A stretch of DNA of 64,000 nt from a bacterium (GTDB lineage Bacteria > Zixibacteria > MSB-5A5 > GN15 > FEB-12), in NCBI GenBank assembly GCA_043811375.1, contig JBDRNJ010000036.1, forward strand, positions 648 through 64,647. Direction: 5' to 3'. The notes under the pieces were generated by a model. The model saw only the letters and a list, made by a program, of their open reading frames with translations, made no database searches and was not told the origin of the DNA. This document shows, one piece after another, positions 63,515 to 64,000 of this stretch (position 1 is its first letter; each line of letters starts with the position of its first letter). The position numbers and the translations under genes were made by a program.

Positions 63515-64000
63515 GCTGCCAGCCTCTGAACCACCCGGAGTCGGGCCGACCGCGACCGGGGATTGTCTTGTTTCTCGGCCGCAGATGCCACAACCGCCCG
63601 GCGCGTCACCAATCTCACCCGCGCCGTTGCCCCGCAGGCGCACTGCGGCAGCCGTGGCGGGCATGTACATTGCCCGCATTCGCGGCGGAAGAAATGCTTG
63701 ACCAGCCGGTCTTCCAGCGAATGATATGATATGACCGCCAGACGACCTCCCACCTTGAGACGCGACAACGCCTGCGGCAGAACCTGCTCGAGACAATGCA
63801 GTTCGCCGTTAACGGCAATACGAATAGCCTGAAACACCCGCGCCAGTGACTTCATCCGATGAGCACCGGGCACTGTCGCCGTCACGACCTCGGCCAATTG
63901 AGACGTCGTTTCCAGCGGTCCCGTGGCACGCCGACGGACTATAGCCCGGGCGATTCGCCGCGCCTGCCTCTCCTCGCCATAAGAGCGGATGATATGAACC
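63511..64000 (-). CDS. rsmH: 16S rRNA (cytosine1402-N4)-methyltransferase RsmH, 3' part (5' end lies beyond the right edge)
   Basis: RIAVNGEL..L...L...L..GGRLAVISYHSLEDRLVKHFF is the conserved RsmH C-terminal region. The reading frame stays open to position 64000. Confidence 0.9.
   Translation of the reverse strand, partial: VHIIRSYGEERQARRIARAIVRRRATGPLETTSQLAEVVTATVPGAHRMKSLARVFQAIRIAVNGELHCLEQVLPQALSRLKVGGRLAVISYHSLEDRLVKHFFRRECGQCTCPPRLPQCACGATARVRLVTRRAVVASAAEKQDNPRSRSARLRVVQRLAA

Noticed and set aside
63515-63796. N-terminal 94-aa extension of the ftsL ORF in the six-frame track
   Set aside because: It overlaps the rsmH coding frame completely and its composition is Gly/Ala/Arg-rich. 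The ATG at 63514 gives the classic ATGA coupling with the rsmH stop.

Overview
This is a 64-kb window from a bacterium with roughly mid-50s % G+C. By inference it is an uncultivated diderm of the FCB-type radiation: it has T9SS-style C-terminal sorting domains, a PorV/PorQ-family porin, a dockerin-tailed exoprotein and LptF/G. Nearly everything is protein-coding and most genes lie on the minus strand.

Left to right, the window contains:
- a tRNA-Ser(GGA) followed by the first 37 codons of a probable integrase that runs off the left edge;
- fetAB-like ABC exporter genes, a YhaM-like OB/HD nuclease, two LptF/G permeases, a SAM methyltransferase and a PEBP lipoprotein;
- a dockerin-tailed secreted protein, a lone etfA and dusB;
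- an FHA / metallophosphoesterase / CHASE2-Ser/Thr-kinase signalling operon;
- an AT-rich one-gene islet encoding an EVE/PUA-like domain fused to a NucS/DUF91-type PD-(D/E)xK nuclease;
- a long co-directional housekeeping array: tatA, purSQ, pssA-psd, purB, tal, truA, ecfT and fur-feoAB plus a small Cys-rich gene;
- a 640-bp hairpin-repeat-rich spacer;
- an envelope/secretion neighbourhood: M6 and S8 proteases with T9SS-type tails, a GT39-TPR protein, and an OMP / PorV-like / lipoprotein triad;
- a lipoate-ligase-like gene, a TPR-GAF sigma-54 activator with a small secreted partner, an unexplained 685-bp gene-poor spacer and a GT2 gene;
- a complete dcw cluster (rsmH partial, ftsL, ftsI, murE, murF, mraY, murD, ftsW, murG, murC, ftsQ, ftsA, ftsZ).

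I recognised no CRISPR array, rRNA, transposase or reverse transcriptase.

The strongest candidates for something new are:
1. the low-GC EVE-like/nuclease fusion (15294-16085);
2. the OMP-PorV-lipoprotein triad next to T9SS-tailed cargo (27099-42079);
3. the divergent promoter-like region and gene-less spacer next to the sigma-54 activator (46812-47384);
4. several families of short dispersed palindromic repeats.

All motif coordinates were indexed by hand and may be off by 1-2 nt. No homology search or folding program was run.
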